This document shows, one piece after another, positions 48,205 through 61,193 of a stretch of DNA of 64,000 nucleotides (positions are counted from its first letter, which is position 1; every line of letters starts with the position of its first letter). The stretch is from the NCBI GenBank assembly GCA_963847625.1, contig CAWKAR010000023.1, forward strand, positions 1-64,000, read 5' to 3'. The position numbers and the translations under genes are program-made. The notes beneath the pieces are model-generated. The model saw only the letters and a list, made by a program, of their open reading frames with translations, had not been told where the DNA came from and did no database searches. The DNA comes from a candidate division FCPU426 bacterium. GTDB lineage: Bacteria; Oederibacteriota; Muellerivitia; Muellerivitales; Muellerivitaceae.

Positions 48205-50767
48205 CGGCTTCTTCTCCTTCTTCTTCCTCTTTGGGCACGTTCACAACGGAAACCAGACGGTCGTCCTCGGTCATTTTAATCAAACGGACGCCCTGCGCCA
48301 ACCTTCCCGTTGTCTTGATTTCCTTGACTCTTTGACGAATCACCTTGCCCGAGGCCGTCATGGCGATAATTTCGTCCTCGTCACCGACCGTGAGGGTCCC
48401 AATCGCCAAGCCGTTTTTGGCCGTAGTTTTGATGTTCAGGATGCCTTTCCCGCCCCTTCCCTGGCGGCGGTAGGCGGAAAGTTTGGTCCTCTTCCCGAAA
48501 CCCCTTTCTGTGGCGGTCAAGAGAGACATTCCTTCTTTCATCACTTCCATGCTGATCACCAGGTCGTTTTTCCCAAGCCGTATTCCCTTGACTCCCTTGC
48601 CCGCTCGGCCCACTTCCCGGACCTCTTTTTCATGAAAACGGATGCTTTTACCCTGTCGGGTTGCCAAAAGGATTTCCTTTTTGCCGTCGGTAATCTCGGC
48701 AGATACCAAGCTGTCACCCTTGGAGAGCGTAATGGCGATAATACCCCCGGCCCTGGGTTTATCAAAGGCGGAAAGAGAGGTGTTTTTAATGAGGCCCTGG
48801 GCCGTGGCCATCAGCACGGCGTTTTTCTCGTTGAATTCCTTTACCGGAAGCACCGTGGCGATCTTCTCGTTCTCCCCAAGCTTCAAGACATTAGCCAGAG
48901 CGGTCCCCTTGGCGTAACGGGACGCCTCAGGTATCTCATAAACCTTTAACCAGTGCACCTTGCCGAAGTTGGTGAAGATGAGGAGAAATTCGTGGGTTGA
49001 GGCGGCGTACATACGCTCGATGAAATCCTCTTCCTTCATGGTGGAGCCTGTGATTCCCTTCCCTCCGCGACGTTGTTTTTGGTAAGTATCCACCGGCATG
49101 CGCTTGATGTAGCCTGTGTGGGATAAGGTGATGACGGACTTCTCGTCTTCGATCAAATCCTCAATCTTCATGTCCTCAGCCTTTCCGATGATTTCAGAAC
49201 GGCGCGGATCGGCATACTTGGTTTTGATCTCAATTAATTCATCTTTGATGACCTGCCAAAGTTTCTTTTCAGAGGAGAGTATTCCCTTCAATACCTCGAT
49301 GGTCTTGATGATTTCCTTGTATTCATCCTCGATTTTCTTGATTTCAAGATTGGTCAACTGCCGCAATTGCATCTCTAGGATGGCCTGGGCCTGGATGGGT
49401 GAAAGGTCGAAATTCTTGATGAGGGCGGTTTTGGCGTCCTCAGCAGATTTTGAGGCCCGGATAGTTTTAATGACTTTGTCAAGATTGTCGACCGCGATGC
49501 GAAGCCCTTCCAGGATGTGCGCGCGCTTTTCCGCCTTATCCAGCTCAAAGCGGGTCCGGCGCACGACGACGTCTTTGCGGTGTTCCAGGTAATGATGCAG
49601 GAGGCCCTTGAGGTTCAAAACCCGCGGCTGGCCGTTGACCAAAGCCAGCATGATGACGCCGAAAGAGGTTCTTAAGGAAGTTTGGGTGAGTAGGTTGTTC
49701 AGAAGCACCTGGGAATTGACGCTTTTAGAAATTTCCATGACGATGCGCATGCCATCCCGGTCGGATTCGTCACGAAGATCTGAAATTCCCTCGATCTTTT
49801 TATCCCGGACCATCTCCGCGATTCTCTCAATGAGTTGGGCTTTGTTAACCTGGTAGGGTATCTCGCTGATGATGATTCTCTCCCGGTCTTTCTTTCCCGT
49901 TTCGATCCCAGCCTTGGCCTGTAGGTGGATGCTTCCCCTCCCGGTGGTATAGGCTTCCACAAGGCCTTCGCGGCCCAGGATATAGCCTCCCGTTGGGAAG
50001 TCCGGCCCTTTGATGAAGTGGATTAATTCCTTAACGGTGGCTTCCGGGTTCTCGATCAAATGGATGAGGCCGTCGATCACTTCCCCCAGGTTGTGAGGAG
50101 GAACGTTGGTGGCCATCCCGACGGCGATGCCTTGGCTCCCATTCACCAGGAAGTTCGGGAAAGCGCAAGGGAGAACAACGGGTTCCATGCGGGTGTTATC
50201 GTAGTTGGGCACGAAATTGACGGTGTCTTTGTCGATGTCCTTAAGAAGTTCCTCGGCCAAGGGTGACATGCGTACTTCGGTGTAACGCTCGGCTGCCGGA
50301 GGATCCCCGTCAATGGAGCCAAAATTTCCCTGCCCATCTACAAGGGGATAGCGCATAGAGAAATCCTGCGCGAGACGCACGATCGTGTCGTATACGGACG
50401 CGGTGCCGTGAGGATGGTAATTACCGGTGACATCGCCAGTGACTTTAGCGGATTTACGGTAAGGTTTTCGAGAAGTCAGTCCCAGGTCGTGCATGCCCAT
50501 GAAGACACGCCGGTGAACAGGTTTTAAGCCATCGCGAACATCCGGAAGGGCGCGTCCAACAATAACGCTCATGGCATAATCGAGGTAGGAATTCTCCATC
50601 TCTTCTTCGATTTCCGTCGGATGCACACGTCCCCGGTTGGCGTCATCACCCCCCCGGGTTGGCGCCAGGGGAGGTTTTTCCACCGGGATGACCGGTTCAT
50701 TGGCGTTTTCGTCGAATAGTTCAGGTTCCTGGGTTTTACTTTCTTTTTTCTTCCGAGGCCTGGCCAT
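48194..50767 (-). CDS. gyrA: DNA gyrase subunit A
   Basis: RALPDVRDGLKPVHRR, YHPHG, AAERYTE, GyrA box QRRGGKG. Confidence 0.98.
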   Translation of the reverse strand: MARPRKKKESKTQEPELFDENANEPVIPVEKPPLAPTRGGDDANRGRVHPTEIEEEMENSYLDYAMSVIVGRALPDVRDGLKPVHRRVFMGMHDLGLTSRKPYRKSAKVTGDVTGNYHPHGTASVYDTIVRLAQDFSMRYPLVDGQGNFGSIDGDPPAAERYTEVRMSPLAEELLKDIDKDTVNFVPNYDNTRMEPVVLPCAFPNFLVNGSQGIAVGMATNVPPHNLGEVIDGLIHLIENPEATVKELIHFIKGPDFPTGGYILGREGLVEAYTTGRGSIHLQAKAGIETGKKDRERIIISEIPYQVNKAQLIERIAEMVRDKKIEGISDLRDESDRDGMRIVMEISKSVNSQVLLNNLLTQTSLRTSFGVIMLALVNGQPRVLNLKGLLHHYLEHRKDVVVRRTRFELDKAEKRAHILEGLRIAVDNLDKVIKTIRASKSAEDAKTALIKNFDLSPIQAQAILEMQLRQLTNLEIKKIEDEYKEIIKTIEVLKGILSSEKKLWQVIKDELIEIKTKYADPRRSEIIGKAEDMKIEDLIEDEKSVITLSHTGYIKRMPVDTYQKQRRGGKGITGSTMKEEDFIERMYAASTHEFLLIFTNFGKVHWLKVYEIPEASRYAKGTALANVLKLGENEKIATVLPVKEFNEKNAVLMATAQGLIKNTSLSAFDKPRAGGIIAITLSKGDSLVSAEITDGKKEILLATRQGKSIRFHEKEVREVGRAGKGVKGIRLGKNDLVISMEVMKEGMSLLTATERGFGKRTKLSAYRRQGRGGKGILNIKTTAKNGLAIGTLTVGDEDEIIAMTASGKVIRQRVKEIKTTGRLAQGVRLIKMTEDDRLVSVVNVPKEEEEGEEAGEK

Positions 50768-50845
50768 TTCTTTCCTTTAAAAATAAAAATTTATGGTTGA
50801 AAACCAGGAGTTCTTTATTTCAAACTCCCCGCTTCAATTAGTTTA

Positions 50846-53449
<2,604 letters not shown>

Positions 53450-53460
53450 TTATTGAAAAA

Positions 53461-53787
53461 TCAATTTAATTTACGATTGGCTAAAATCAAAGAAAGATTC
53501 TTGATGCCCATGGATGGTAAGTTTTTTTGTAGTTCCTGAAGAAACTCCGTTTTTCGGAAACTTAATTCGTTCATCCAGATGGAATGGGTAAATTCCATTT
53601 GAACGGTTGAACCCTTTAAGATCGCTCGGATAAAACCTTTAGAAAAAGCCGCTCCTAGCAGTTCCCGACACTTGTTTTCCAATTTGTGCCTTTCGTAATC
53701 GCCTTTCACCCCAAGTTGTTGAAGAGCGCCTTCTAAAAGCTCGCTGATTTCAACCAAGCCTTGCCGAGATTTTTTCCGGCGCCTCAT
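53461..53787 (-). CDS. DciA/DUF721 family protein
   Basis: Position between recF and gyrB; SIWMNELSF.K..L motif. Confidence 0.7.
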   Translation of the reverse strand: MRRRKKSRQGLVEISELLEGALQQLGVKGDYERHKLENKCRELLGAAFSKGFIRAILKGSTVQMEFTHSIWMNELSFRKTEFLQELQKNLPSMGIKNLSLILANRKLN

Positions 53788-53952
53788 CTTAAACCTTTCT
53801 TGTGTTGGAGTCGGAAACCGGTTTTTACTAACCGATTTGATTCCTTATTACGTCATTCTAAGATAAATGAATTTGCCATTAAAACTTTCCCTTTGCGAGT
53901 TTCACGGTATTACGTTTTCTTACAAAATTTCTTGACTATGCTTTTTTCTTTT

Positions 53953-55065
53953 CTAAGATCCGACTTTCTTTAAATCAACCTTGCCGCCCTCTACACTGAA
54001 AATCCGAGCAATGTTTATAGCCATCCTGAAATCATTCGGTGATGTTCCAGTTAAAATAGCTTGTCCTTCTTGTAAAAGACGGTTTAAAAAAAATTCCTGT
54101 CTTTTTTGATCCAACTCCGCCATGACATCATCAAACAAAATCAAAGGCGCCGTATGGCAACCTTCCGCTAGGACGGATAATTGCGAAAGCTTTAAGGCAA
54201 GAGCCCCGGTACGTTGTTGTCCTTGGCTGCCGTATCGCGCCAGGGAATGCCCGTTCAACCAAAAACCCAAATCATCCCGATGGGGACCCGCTATGGTTAA
54301 ACCCCTCGCTATATCTTCTCTTCTGGCTTCAAGAAGAGCTTTAGCGATTTTTTCGTTCAAAAGTTCTCTTGATCCTTCCATCTCAAGACAGGGTTCATAA
54401 CATATTTCGAAATGTTCTGAACCGCCTGTTAAATCCTTAAGGGCTTGTTGGGCAAAAAAGGACAATCGGCTTGCCACTTCCGCCCTCTTTTCCATCAATA
54501 CCGCGCCATGCTCCGCCAAAGGCTCATCCCAAGCTGTTAATTGGTTTTCCAACCGGGGAACCCTCTGCCGCAAGAGGGAATTACGTTGTTTCAATGCCCT
54601 TTCATATTTTTGCAAGTGGACCCGATAGGCTTGGTCAAGCTGTAAAATCGCCATATCCAAGTATCTACGGCGGGAAGCGGACCCGCCCTTCACCAAAAGC
54701 AAATCATCCGGCGAAAAAACAACAGAAGGGAGCCGCCCCAGGAGAGATGAAAGCCTTTGTTGTTTTTTTCCGTTAAGAAAAAGGGTTTTATTTTTTCCCT
54801 TTCTAATTTCCAGTCTTATTTGCTCTTGACCTTCCTCCCGGTATAGAGTTCCCTCTACAGATCCTTCTTCCTGGTTCAATTGAACCACCTGTTCGTCGTC
54901 AGCTACCCGAAAGGAACGAGCGGTAGAAAGAAAATAAAGAGCTTCAAGGATGTTGGTTTTTCCCTGGGCATTTGCCCCCAACAGGAGATTTAAGTGCGGG
55001 TGAAATGACACCTCCAAAGATTCGTAATTACGAAAGTGAAAGAGTCGTAAAGAGTCAACATGCAC
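53953..55065 (-). CDS. recF: DNA replication/repair protein RecF
   Basis: FRNY, GANAQGKTNILEA, QRN.LL, GPHRDDL, GSQGQQR, DDVMAELD. Confidence 0.97.
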   Translation of the reverse strand: MHVDSLRLFHFRNYESLEVSFHPHLNLLLGANAQGKTNILEALYFLSTARSFRVADDEQVVQLNQEEGSVEGTLYREEGQEQIRLEIRKGKNKTLFLNGKKQQRLSSLLGRLPSVVFSPDDLLLVKGGSASRRRYLDMAILQLDQAYRVHLQKYERALKQRNSLLRQRVPRLENQLTAWDEPLAEHGAVLMEKRAEVASRLSFFAQQALKDLTGGSEHFEICYEPCLEMEGSRELLNEKIAKALLEARREDIARGLTIAGPHRDDLGFWLNGHSLARYGSQGQQRTGALALKLSQLSVLAEGCHTAPLILFDDVMAELDQKRQEFFLNRLLQEGQAILTGTSPNDFRMAINIARIFSVEGGKVDLKKVGS

Positions 55066-55466
55066 CCATCTACCTCAATTAGAAAAATAATTCCTCAATG
55101 AATCTTTTTAGGCTCCAAAATACGTTAATCTTAAATTCATCGTTCTAGAGCAAATCTGTTCGGTAAAACCTATTTCTGATAGGTTTTGCCCAATAAAACA
55201 ACTTAGTTTGGGTCTTTAACCACTGGCAATGTTTAATTTAAGGCCTTAATTTAAATAACATTCTCTTCTTTATGAATCCTCTTAATCACGGTTTTACCTA
55301 CATGTGGGGCTTTAAAAAACCCTAAAAAGTAAGGTTATTATAATCGCTGGGGGCTTGAAATACCTGTATTTTAAACGAAAAAAAAGGGCCTATCTTAAAA
55401 ATAGCACAATATATTATACAAATTATTTATATACCATTTTAGTCATCCTCAGTCCCTAATCTCAAT

Positions 55467-55482
55467 TGTTCCACATGGAACA
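55467..55482. other. parS-like centromere site
   Basis: TGTTCCACATGGAACA versus the TGTTYCACGTGRAACA parS consensus. Confidence 0.75.
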
Positions 55483-55545
55483 TAACCTACAGAAACCAAT
55501 TCCCATTGAATAAGAGGTGTTAACTTAAAATTATCTTTTAGGTCC

Positions 55546-56283
55546 TCAAAGAGGATTCTTATTAGGTCGACCTATTGGCCGCGGATATTTTGGATGAGTT
55601 TTCCCCAACTTTTCCACAACAACCAACCATCGTTGTTGATGGGTTCCAGGTAGGAAATAAGGCGCTAATTTACTTACCCTTGCGTTAAGTAACTTCAATG
55701 CATTCTGTGACTTTTCCACAACTTTCAATTGTTCTTGGGTCCTCCAATCCACAAGATATCCGCCGATTTTTATGAGGGGAATTACATATTCTAAAACAAC
55801 AGGAAAATCAGCGACCGCACGAGTCAGGGCTCCATCCCAACTTTCTCGATAAATTATATTTTGACCGATTTCTTCAGCTCTTCCTGTTAAAGTTTTAGCT
55901 TTCCATTCTGCGGCATCTAGGCAATCTTGCAGGGCCTTCATTTTCTTTCCCACTGAATCCATGAAAGTAATCTCCCAATCAGGGAAAGCCGCCAACACAA
56001 CAACACCTGGAAACCCGCAACCTGTGCCTAAATCGAGCCAAGTTTGTGGGCTTTTTCGGCCTTCTGACAAACTTTGAAGAATGGAAAGACAAAAAGCCGA
56101 ATCTAGTAAGTGATACTTAAGAATATCTTCATCTTTTGTCCATTTTGTAAGATTCATCGTTTTATTGATTTCAAGCATTTTTTGGATATATCGGATGGTG
56201 GGCAAGAGGGATGAAGAGGTAAAAAGGTTAAAAACACCAGCTTCTTTGAGGGATTGCTCAATATCTGTTGATTTTATACTCAA
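55546..56283 (-). CDS. rsmG: 16S rRNA m7G527 methyltransferase RsmG
   Basis: MNLT, HLLDS, LDLGTGCGFPG, GRAEE, TRAVA, KYPR. Confidence 0.95.
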   Translation of the reverse strand: MSIKSTDIEQSLKEAGVFNLFTSSSLLPTIRYIQKMLEINKTMNLTKWTKDEDILKYHLLDSAFCLSILQSLSEGRKSPQTWLDLGTGCGFPGVVVLAAFPDWEITFMDSVGKKMKALQDCLDAAEWKAKTLTGRAEEIGQNIIYRESWDGALTRAVADFPVVLEYVIPLIKIGGYLVDWRTQEQLKVVEKSQNALKLLNARVSKLAPYFLPGTHQQRWLVVVEKLGKTHPKYPRPIGRPNKNPL

Positions 56284-56294
56284 CCTTGGGCTTC

Positions 56295-58193
56295 CTATGA
56301 AGTTGATAAAACCTGATTGGAAAGTTGTTGTTTCGAGAATCGGCTAATGGCTAAAAGCAAAACTGCTAAATCAGCATGGGTTACACCCTGAATTCTTGAA
56401 GCTTGACCGAATGTTTCAGGTCGAATCCGGTTAAGTTTTTCCTTGGCCTCCCTTGTTAAACCCAGAATATCTTGATAAGAAAATAGGTGAGGAATCACGA
56501 GGTTTTCATTGCGGCTTTGCCGTTGTATTTCCAGGCGTTGTTTTTTTAAATAACCTTCATATTTAAGTTCCACCTCGACTTGAAAAGCCACTTCTGGTTC
56601 CAACTGAAGATCTTCAGGCAAAAACGGGCTAAGGGCTTTATAACTCATCCAAGGACGGCGAATAATTTCTTCCAATCGTAAAACTCGATCATGGATTGAA
56701 ATTTGAAGGGATTCATTGGGAGCCGCTTTAGCAGGTAAAAGCCGGGTTTTAAATTCTTTCAAACCTTTCTCAATTTTTGATCTTTTTACAACGACATTAT
56801 CTTTGGCTTTCGCCGGGATCAAGCCTAATTCAAATCCTTTTTCCATCAGGCGTAAATCAGCATTGTCGGGTCTTAATAGAAGTCGGTATTCAGCTTTTGA
56901 AGTAAAAAGCCGGTAGGGTTCTTCCGTGCCTTTGGTCACTAAATCGTCTACCAAGACACCCATATAAGCTTCAGTTCGGGACAGCACCAAGGGTTTTAAA
57001 CCTTGAATGGCTAAACTAGCATTAATCCCAACTAAAAGACCTTGGGCGGCGGCCTCTTCATAACCTGAAGTTCCATTGATTTGCCCGGCTAAAAAGAGAT
57101 TCTTTAAACGATAGGTCTCCAAGGAATGGGATACTTGGGTGGGCGGAATAAAATCATACTCAACAGCGTATCCCGGCCGCACAATTTCAGCCCCTTCAAG
57201 CCCTGGAATGGTGTGTAGAAAGGCATATTGAACATCCAGCGGAAGGGAAGTGGATAGACCATTCAAGTAAAACTCATTCGTGGAAAGACCCTCTGGCTCT
57301 AAAAAAATTTGATGCCGGATTTTGTCGGGAAATTTCACAACTTTATCTTCAATCGATGGGCAATACCGTGGACCAATTCCCTTGATCGTCCCCGAATAAA
57401 GAGGGGATCGGGCCATGTTATCCCGGATGATCTGGTGGGTTTGATTATTGGTGTAGGTGATATAACAGGAAACCTGGGGTTGTAATGGAAAAGAAGAGGT
57501 GAAATGGGAAAAGGGAAGGGGAGAATCATCCCCTTTCTGCTCTTCTGTTTTTTTAAAATCAATGGATTCTCGGTACACTCTTGGATTGGTGCCGGTTTTT
57601 AACCGTCCCACCTCAAAACCCAGTTCCTTTAAATGTTCCGAGAGGCCCTTGGCCGCCAATTCTCCCGTTCGACCACCTTCTATTTTCTTTTCGCCGATAT
57701 GCATTAAACCGTTGAGGAAAGTACCGGTGGTGATAATGACTGCCTTGGCTTTGATTTCTTCACCCGATTGGATCCGAACCCCCTCTACTTGGTCTCTCGC
57801 TACCAAAAGGCGCTCAACCATCGCTTTCACCACCGTCAGTCGGGCTTGGTGAAAAACCGTTTGTTTCATTCTTTGAATGTAGAGTTCCTTGTCACATTGG
57901 GCTCTCAAACCCCATACTGCTGGTCCTTGGGTTTTATTTAAGATACGGGATTGGATGGAAGTTTCATCCGTGGCTTTCCCCATTTCGCCACCCAAGGCGT
58001 CAATTTCGCGGACCAAATGTCCCTTGGCCAAACCTCCGATGGCGGGGTTACAGCTCATTTTGGCGATCGTCTCGGGATTCATAGTGATCAGGGCTGTTTC
58101 CATACCCATCCGGGAGCACGCCAGTGCGGCCTCACATCCGGCATGTCCTGCGCCAACCACCACCACATCAAAATTGGAAGAAACGTTATCCAC
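56295..58193 (-). CDS. mnmG: tRNA modification enzyme MnmG (GidA)
   Basis: [47 protein letters not shown]. Confidence 0.98.
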   Translation of the reverse strand: MDNVSSNFDVVVVGAGHAGCEAALACSRMGMETALITMNPETIAKMSCNPAIGGLAKGHLVREIDALGGEMGKATDETSIQSRILNKTQGPAVWGLRAQCDKELYIQRMKQTVFHQARLTVVKAMVERLLVARDQVEGVRIQSGEEIKAKAVIITTGTFLNGLMHIGEKKIEGGRTGELAAKGLSEHLKELGFEVGRLKTGTNPRVYRESIDFKKTEEQKGDDSPLPFSHFTSSFPLQPQVSCYITYTNNQTHQIIRDNMARSPLYSGTIKGIGPRYCPSIEDKVVKFPDKIRHQIFLEPEGLSTNEFYLNGLSTSLPLDVQYAFLHTIPGLEGAEIVRPGYAVEYDFIPPTQVSHSLETYRLKNLFLAGQINGTSGYEEAAAQGLLVGINASLAIQGLKPLVLSRTEAYMGVLVDDLVTKGTEEPYRLFTSKAEYRLLLRPDNADLRLMEKGFELGLIPAKAKDNVVVKRSKIEKGLKEFKTRLLPAKAAPNESLQISIHDRVLRLEEIIRRPWMSYKALSPFLPEDLQLEPEVAFQVEVELKYEGYLKKQRLEIQRQSRNENLVIPHLFSYQDILGLTREAKEKLNRIRPETFGQASRIQGVTHADLAVLLLAISRFSKQQLSNQVLSTS

Positions 58194-58275
58194 GCAAACC
58201 CCTCAAGAAAATGATTCTAGGCGTTTTTATAACACAAGCGGCATTGCGACACAATGCGGCTTGAATCTTTTCATT

Positions 58276-58291
58276 CGTTCCACGTGGAAGA
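58276..58291. other. parS-like centromere site
   Basis: CGTTCCACGTGGAAGA. Confidence 0.6.
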
Positions 58292-58638
58292 ATAAAAAAT
58301 TCAAACAGAAATTCCTGCGTGACATCCGCAAGGATCCATCTGACTTCGCATCGCGAAAAACAGAGGAGTGCTACCAGAAACTCTATATGAGAATTAGAAA
58401 ATGATGGCGGGAAGATTACAAATACAAACCTTTAATTTCATAGATATCTTGCCTAATATTTGTCCTTTAAAAAGAAAAATTTTTTAGCTTTTATGAAAAG
58501 ATTTTTTCGTGCAGTGATTTTCCGGGAGGTTTTCTTTATCTTCATCAGCCACAAGCTTATTGAAATCTCTTAACGAAAAGAATACAATTGTATACATTTT
58601 TGCAAGATGTTTGAAGCCTTTAGATTAAAAAAAGGAGT

Positions 58639-59693
58639 CCCGAGTTCCATAAGTAAGTGCAACACTTAGTGTCTGAAGAAGGCCGCATGAATAGGATATG
58701 CGGCTATGAAAAAGAAATACAAGCATTTAAGCGTTGAAGAAAGAGATCATTTATCCGTCTTGAAAGGAAAGGGTCTTAGCCTTCGAGCCATTTCACGCGC
58801 CTTGAAGAGGTCTCCTTCCACCCTCTCCAGGGAACTCAAGCGCAATGCTCCCCCTATCCGTTCTGGTTATTATCTTTCTCATCGAGCCCATCAACGGTAT
58901 GTTGACCGCAACCAACAACGAGCACGCCGTTTACGCCTGAAAACAAAACGAATTCGTGCCTACGTCCGTCGTCAATTGAAACGAGGCTGGTCTCCAGAAC
59001 TCATTTCAGGTCGATTAGGTCACCTACGGCCTAAGCAAACCATTGGTCCTGAAGCTATCTATCAGTGGGTTTATGCTGAAGCCACTGAGCTGATTCCTTG
59101 CCTAGTTCGACACCACCGGCGACGATTCTCATTTGGCCATAGCCGTAAGCACGCCAAAAACCATATCCCAGGCCGTGTTTCCATCGATAAGCGCTCCGAG
59201 ATCGCCAATCAACGCAAGCAATTCGGCCATTGGGAAACCGACACCATGGTCTCTCGTCAGAGTAAAGTGGCTATGCGGGCTCTCGTCGAGCGTCAAAGCC
59301 GTTTTTCCAAGTTGGGAAAGCTCAAACGAAAGACCGCTCGCCAAATGAGTCATAGCCTCAACCGCGCTTTATGCCGCTTCCCTCAAGACGCCCGCCTGAG
59401 TCTGACCTATGACAACGGAACCGAAAACACCAACCACTTGGAAACCAACCACGTGCTTGGTACAAAATCCTTTTTCTGCGCCCCTTTCCACAGTTGGGAA
59501 AAAGGTACGGTGGAAAATACTATCGGTCTTGTCCGCCGCCATTTGCCTAAAAAGACTGATCTTGCTAAAGTGTCCTTCAAAGAATTCAGGACCATAGAAA
59601 GATGGCTCAATAACAGGCCCAGGAAATGTTTGGGCTTTAAAACTCCGGCGGAAGTCTTCCGGCGAAGTGTTGCACTTACTCCGTGAATTCGGC
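58639..59693 (+). mobile_element. IS30-family insertion sequence
   Basis: Imperfect ~28-bp TIRs sharing AGTAAGTGCAACACTT; likely 3-bp TSD AGT. Confidence 0.88.
58706..59686 (+). CDS. IS30-family transposase
   Basis: HLS.EER, STLSRELKRN, WSPE.I, GHWETDT, TYDNGTE, SWEKGTVEN, LNNRPRKCLGFKTP. Confidence 0.95.
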   Translation: MKKKYKHLSVEERDHLSVLKGKGLSLRAISRALKRSPSTLSRELKRNAPPIRSGYYLSHRAHQRYVDRNQQRARRLRLKTKRIRAYVRRQLKRGWSPELISGRLGHLRPKQTIGPEAIYQWVYAEATELIPCLVRHHRRRFSFGHSRKHAKNHIPGRVSIDKRSEIANQRKQFGHWETDTMVSRQSKVAMRALVERQSRFSKLGKLKRKTARQMSHSLNRALCRFPQDARLSLTYDNGTENTNHLETNHVLGTKSFFCAPFHSWEKGTVENTIGLVRRHLPKKTDLAKVSFKEFRTIERWLNNRPRKCLGFKTPAEVFRRSVALTP

Positions 59694-59773
59694 AGTGATA
59701 GCGAGAAAGGTCTTATTTATTTTGAAGTAAATAAAAGTTTTTCTTCCTCTGTAAAAAACAACAAATAAACCTT

Positions 59774-61150
59774 TTATTTCCCTATGCAGAAACGACTAAA
59801 AATTTCCTCGAAAGCATCGCTAGTAAGATTGCGTCCACGTATTCGGCCTACTGCAAGGGTGGATTCCCTCAACTCTTCGGCCCAAAGTTCATAGGGTTGT
59901 TTGGAGGCCATATGATCCAAAAGGTTTCCCAAGGCCTTGCAAGCTTTGGCCGCTTCCTGTTGATGCCTCAACGAGATTAATACCACGTTTTCGCTTGTTA
60001 TTGAGGTTTGCAGCAAATTTTCTATTAACCGGAACACTTTATCCAACCCTTGTCGGGTATAACAAGAAAGTTTAAAGCAACGGTCATCAGATAAAAGAAA
60101 AGAATCGTTAAATTTTGGAAGTTTTTCATCCTGGATAAGATCCATTTTATTAAATAAATAATAAGTTCTTTCTAAGGGAAGGGAAATATCTCGAAGTCCT
60201 TCTAATGATTCCCTAGGATTCGAGGCGTCCACTAACCAAAAAACCACGTCGGCTTCCTCGATCACTTGACGGCTACGGCGGACTCCTTCAGATTCAACTA
60301 TATTCGAAACTTCCCGAATACCAGCCGTATCAAAAAGTCGGACCTTAACACCTTTTAAATAAAATTCACCTTCGACAATATCGCGAGTAGTACCAGCCAA
60401 GGGTGTTACTATCGCCTTTTCAGCTCCTAAAATGATATTTAAGAGACTCGACTTTCCAACATTTGGAGGACCCACCAAAGCTACTTTAATCCCCTCCCGT
60501 AGAATTTTACCCTGATTATAACTTTCTAATAACTTCCTTAGCTTTCCCTCGACTTCTACCACTTCATTCTTGAATTGAGTTATATCCAAATGTGGAATTC
60601 CATCATCGGCAAATTCAAGGCGGGCTTCAATTTTTACATAGAGAGATTTGAGGGATTCCTCCAAAGGTTCCAAGTGGTGGGATAAGGAACCTGTCATTTG
60701 GCTGAAAGCCTGCCGCCTGCCCGCATCCCCTTGAGATGAAACTAGGGCTTCCACCGCCTCGGCTTGGGTCAAATCCAAGCGTCCGTTTATGAAAGCTCTA
60801 TAAGTAAATTCTCCTGGATCGGCAGGCCGGACCCTTAAGGACACAAGAATTTCCATGATTTTGGAGAGAAGCTGTGGGCTGCCATGAAGATGAAATTCCA
60901 CTACATCTTCAGTGGTGTAACTTTGAGGGCCTGGCATAACTAAAATTAGGCCTTCATCTAGGAATTCCTCCGATCGGGGATCTCTAATTTTTACAAAAGA
61001 AATTTGTCTTTTTCTTTCTAGGTTTTTAAAAGCAGGGAGAAATAAACGGATGATATCCAGGGCTTTAGATCCAGAAACTCTAATAACCCCAATACCCCCG
61101 ATACCAGCGGGAGTGGCAATAGCTGCAATGGTGTCTTCTAATTGATACAT
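59774..61150 (-). CDS. mnmE: tRNA modification GTPase MnmE (TrmE)
   Basis: DTIAAIATP, GEFT.RAF.NGRLDL, GPPNVGKSS, GTTRD, DTAG, NKMD, FCIGK. Confidence 0.98.
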   Translation of the reverse strand: MYQLEDTIAAIATPAGIGGIGVIRVSGSKALDIIRLFLPAFKNLERKRQISFVKIRDPRSEEFLDEGLILVMPGPQSYTTEDVVEFHLHGSPQLLSKIMEILVSLRVRPADPGEFTYRAFINGRLDLTQAEAVEALVSSQGDAGRRQAFSQMTGSLSHHLEPLEESLKSLYVKIEARLEFADDGIPHLDITQFKNEVVEVEGKLRKLLESYNQGKILREGIKVALVGPPNVGKSSLLNIILGAEKAIVTPLAGTTRDIVEGEFYLKGVKVRLFDTAGIREVSNIVESEGVRRSRQVIEEADVVFWLVDASNPRESLEGLRDISLPLERTYYLFNKMDLIQDEKLPKFNDSFLLSDDRCFKLSCYTRQGLDKVFRLIENLLQTSITSENVVLISLRHQQEAAKACKALGNLLDHMASKQPYELWAEELRESTLAVGRIRGRNLTSDAFEEIFSRFCIGK

Positions 61151-61193
61151 AACTTTTCAACCGATAACTATTGCAGAAAAATTATTAGAGTTT

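Noticed and set aside
55066..55545. Firm oriC call
   Set aside because: AT-rich with parS, but no cluster of TTATCCACA boxes visible
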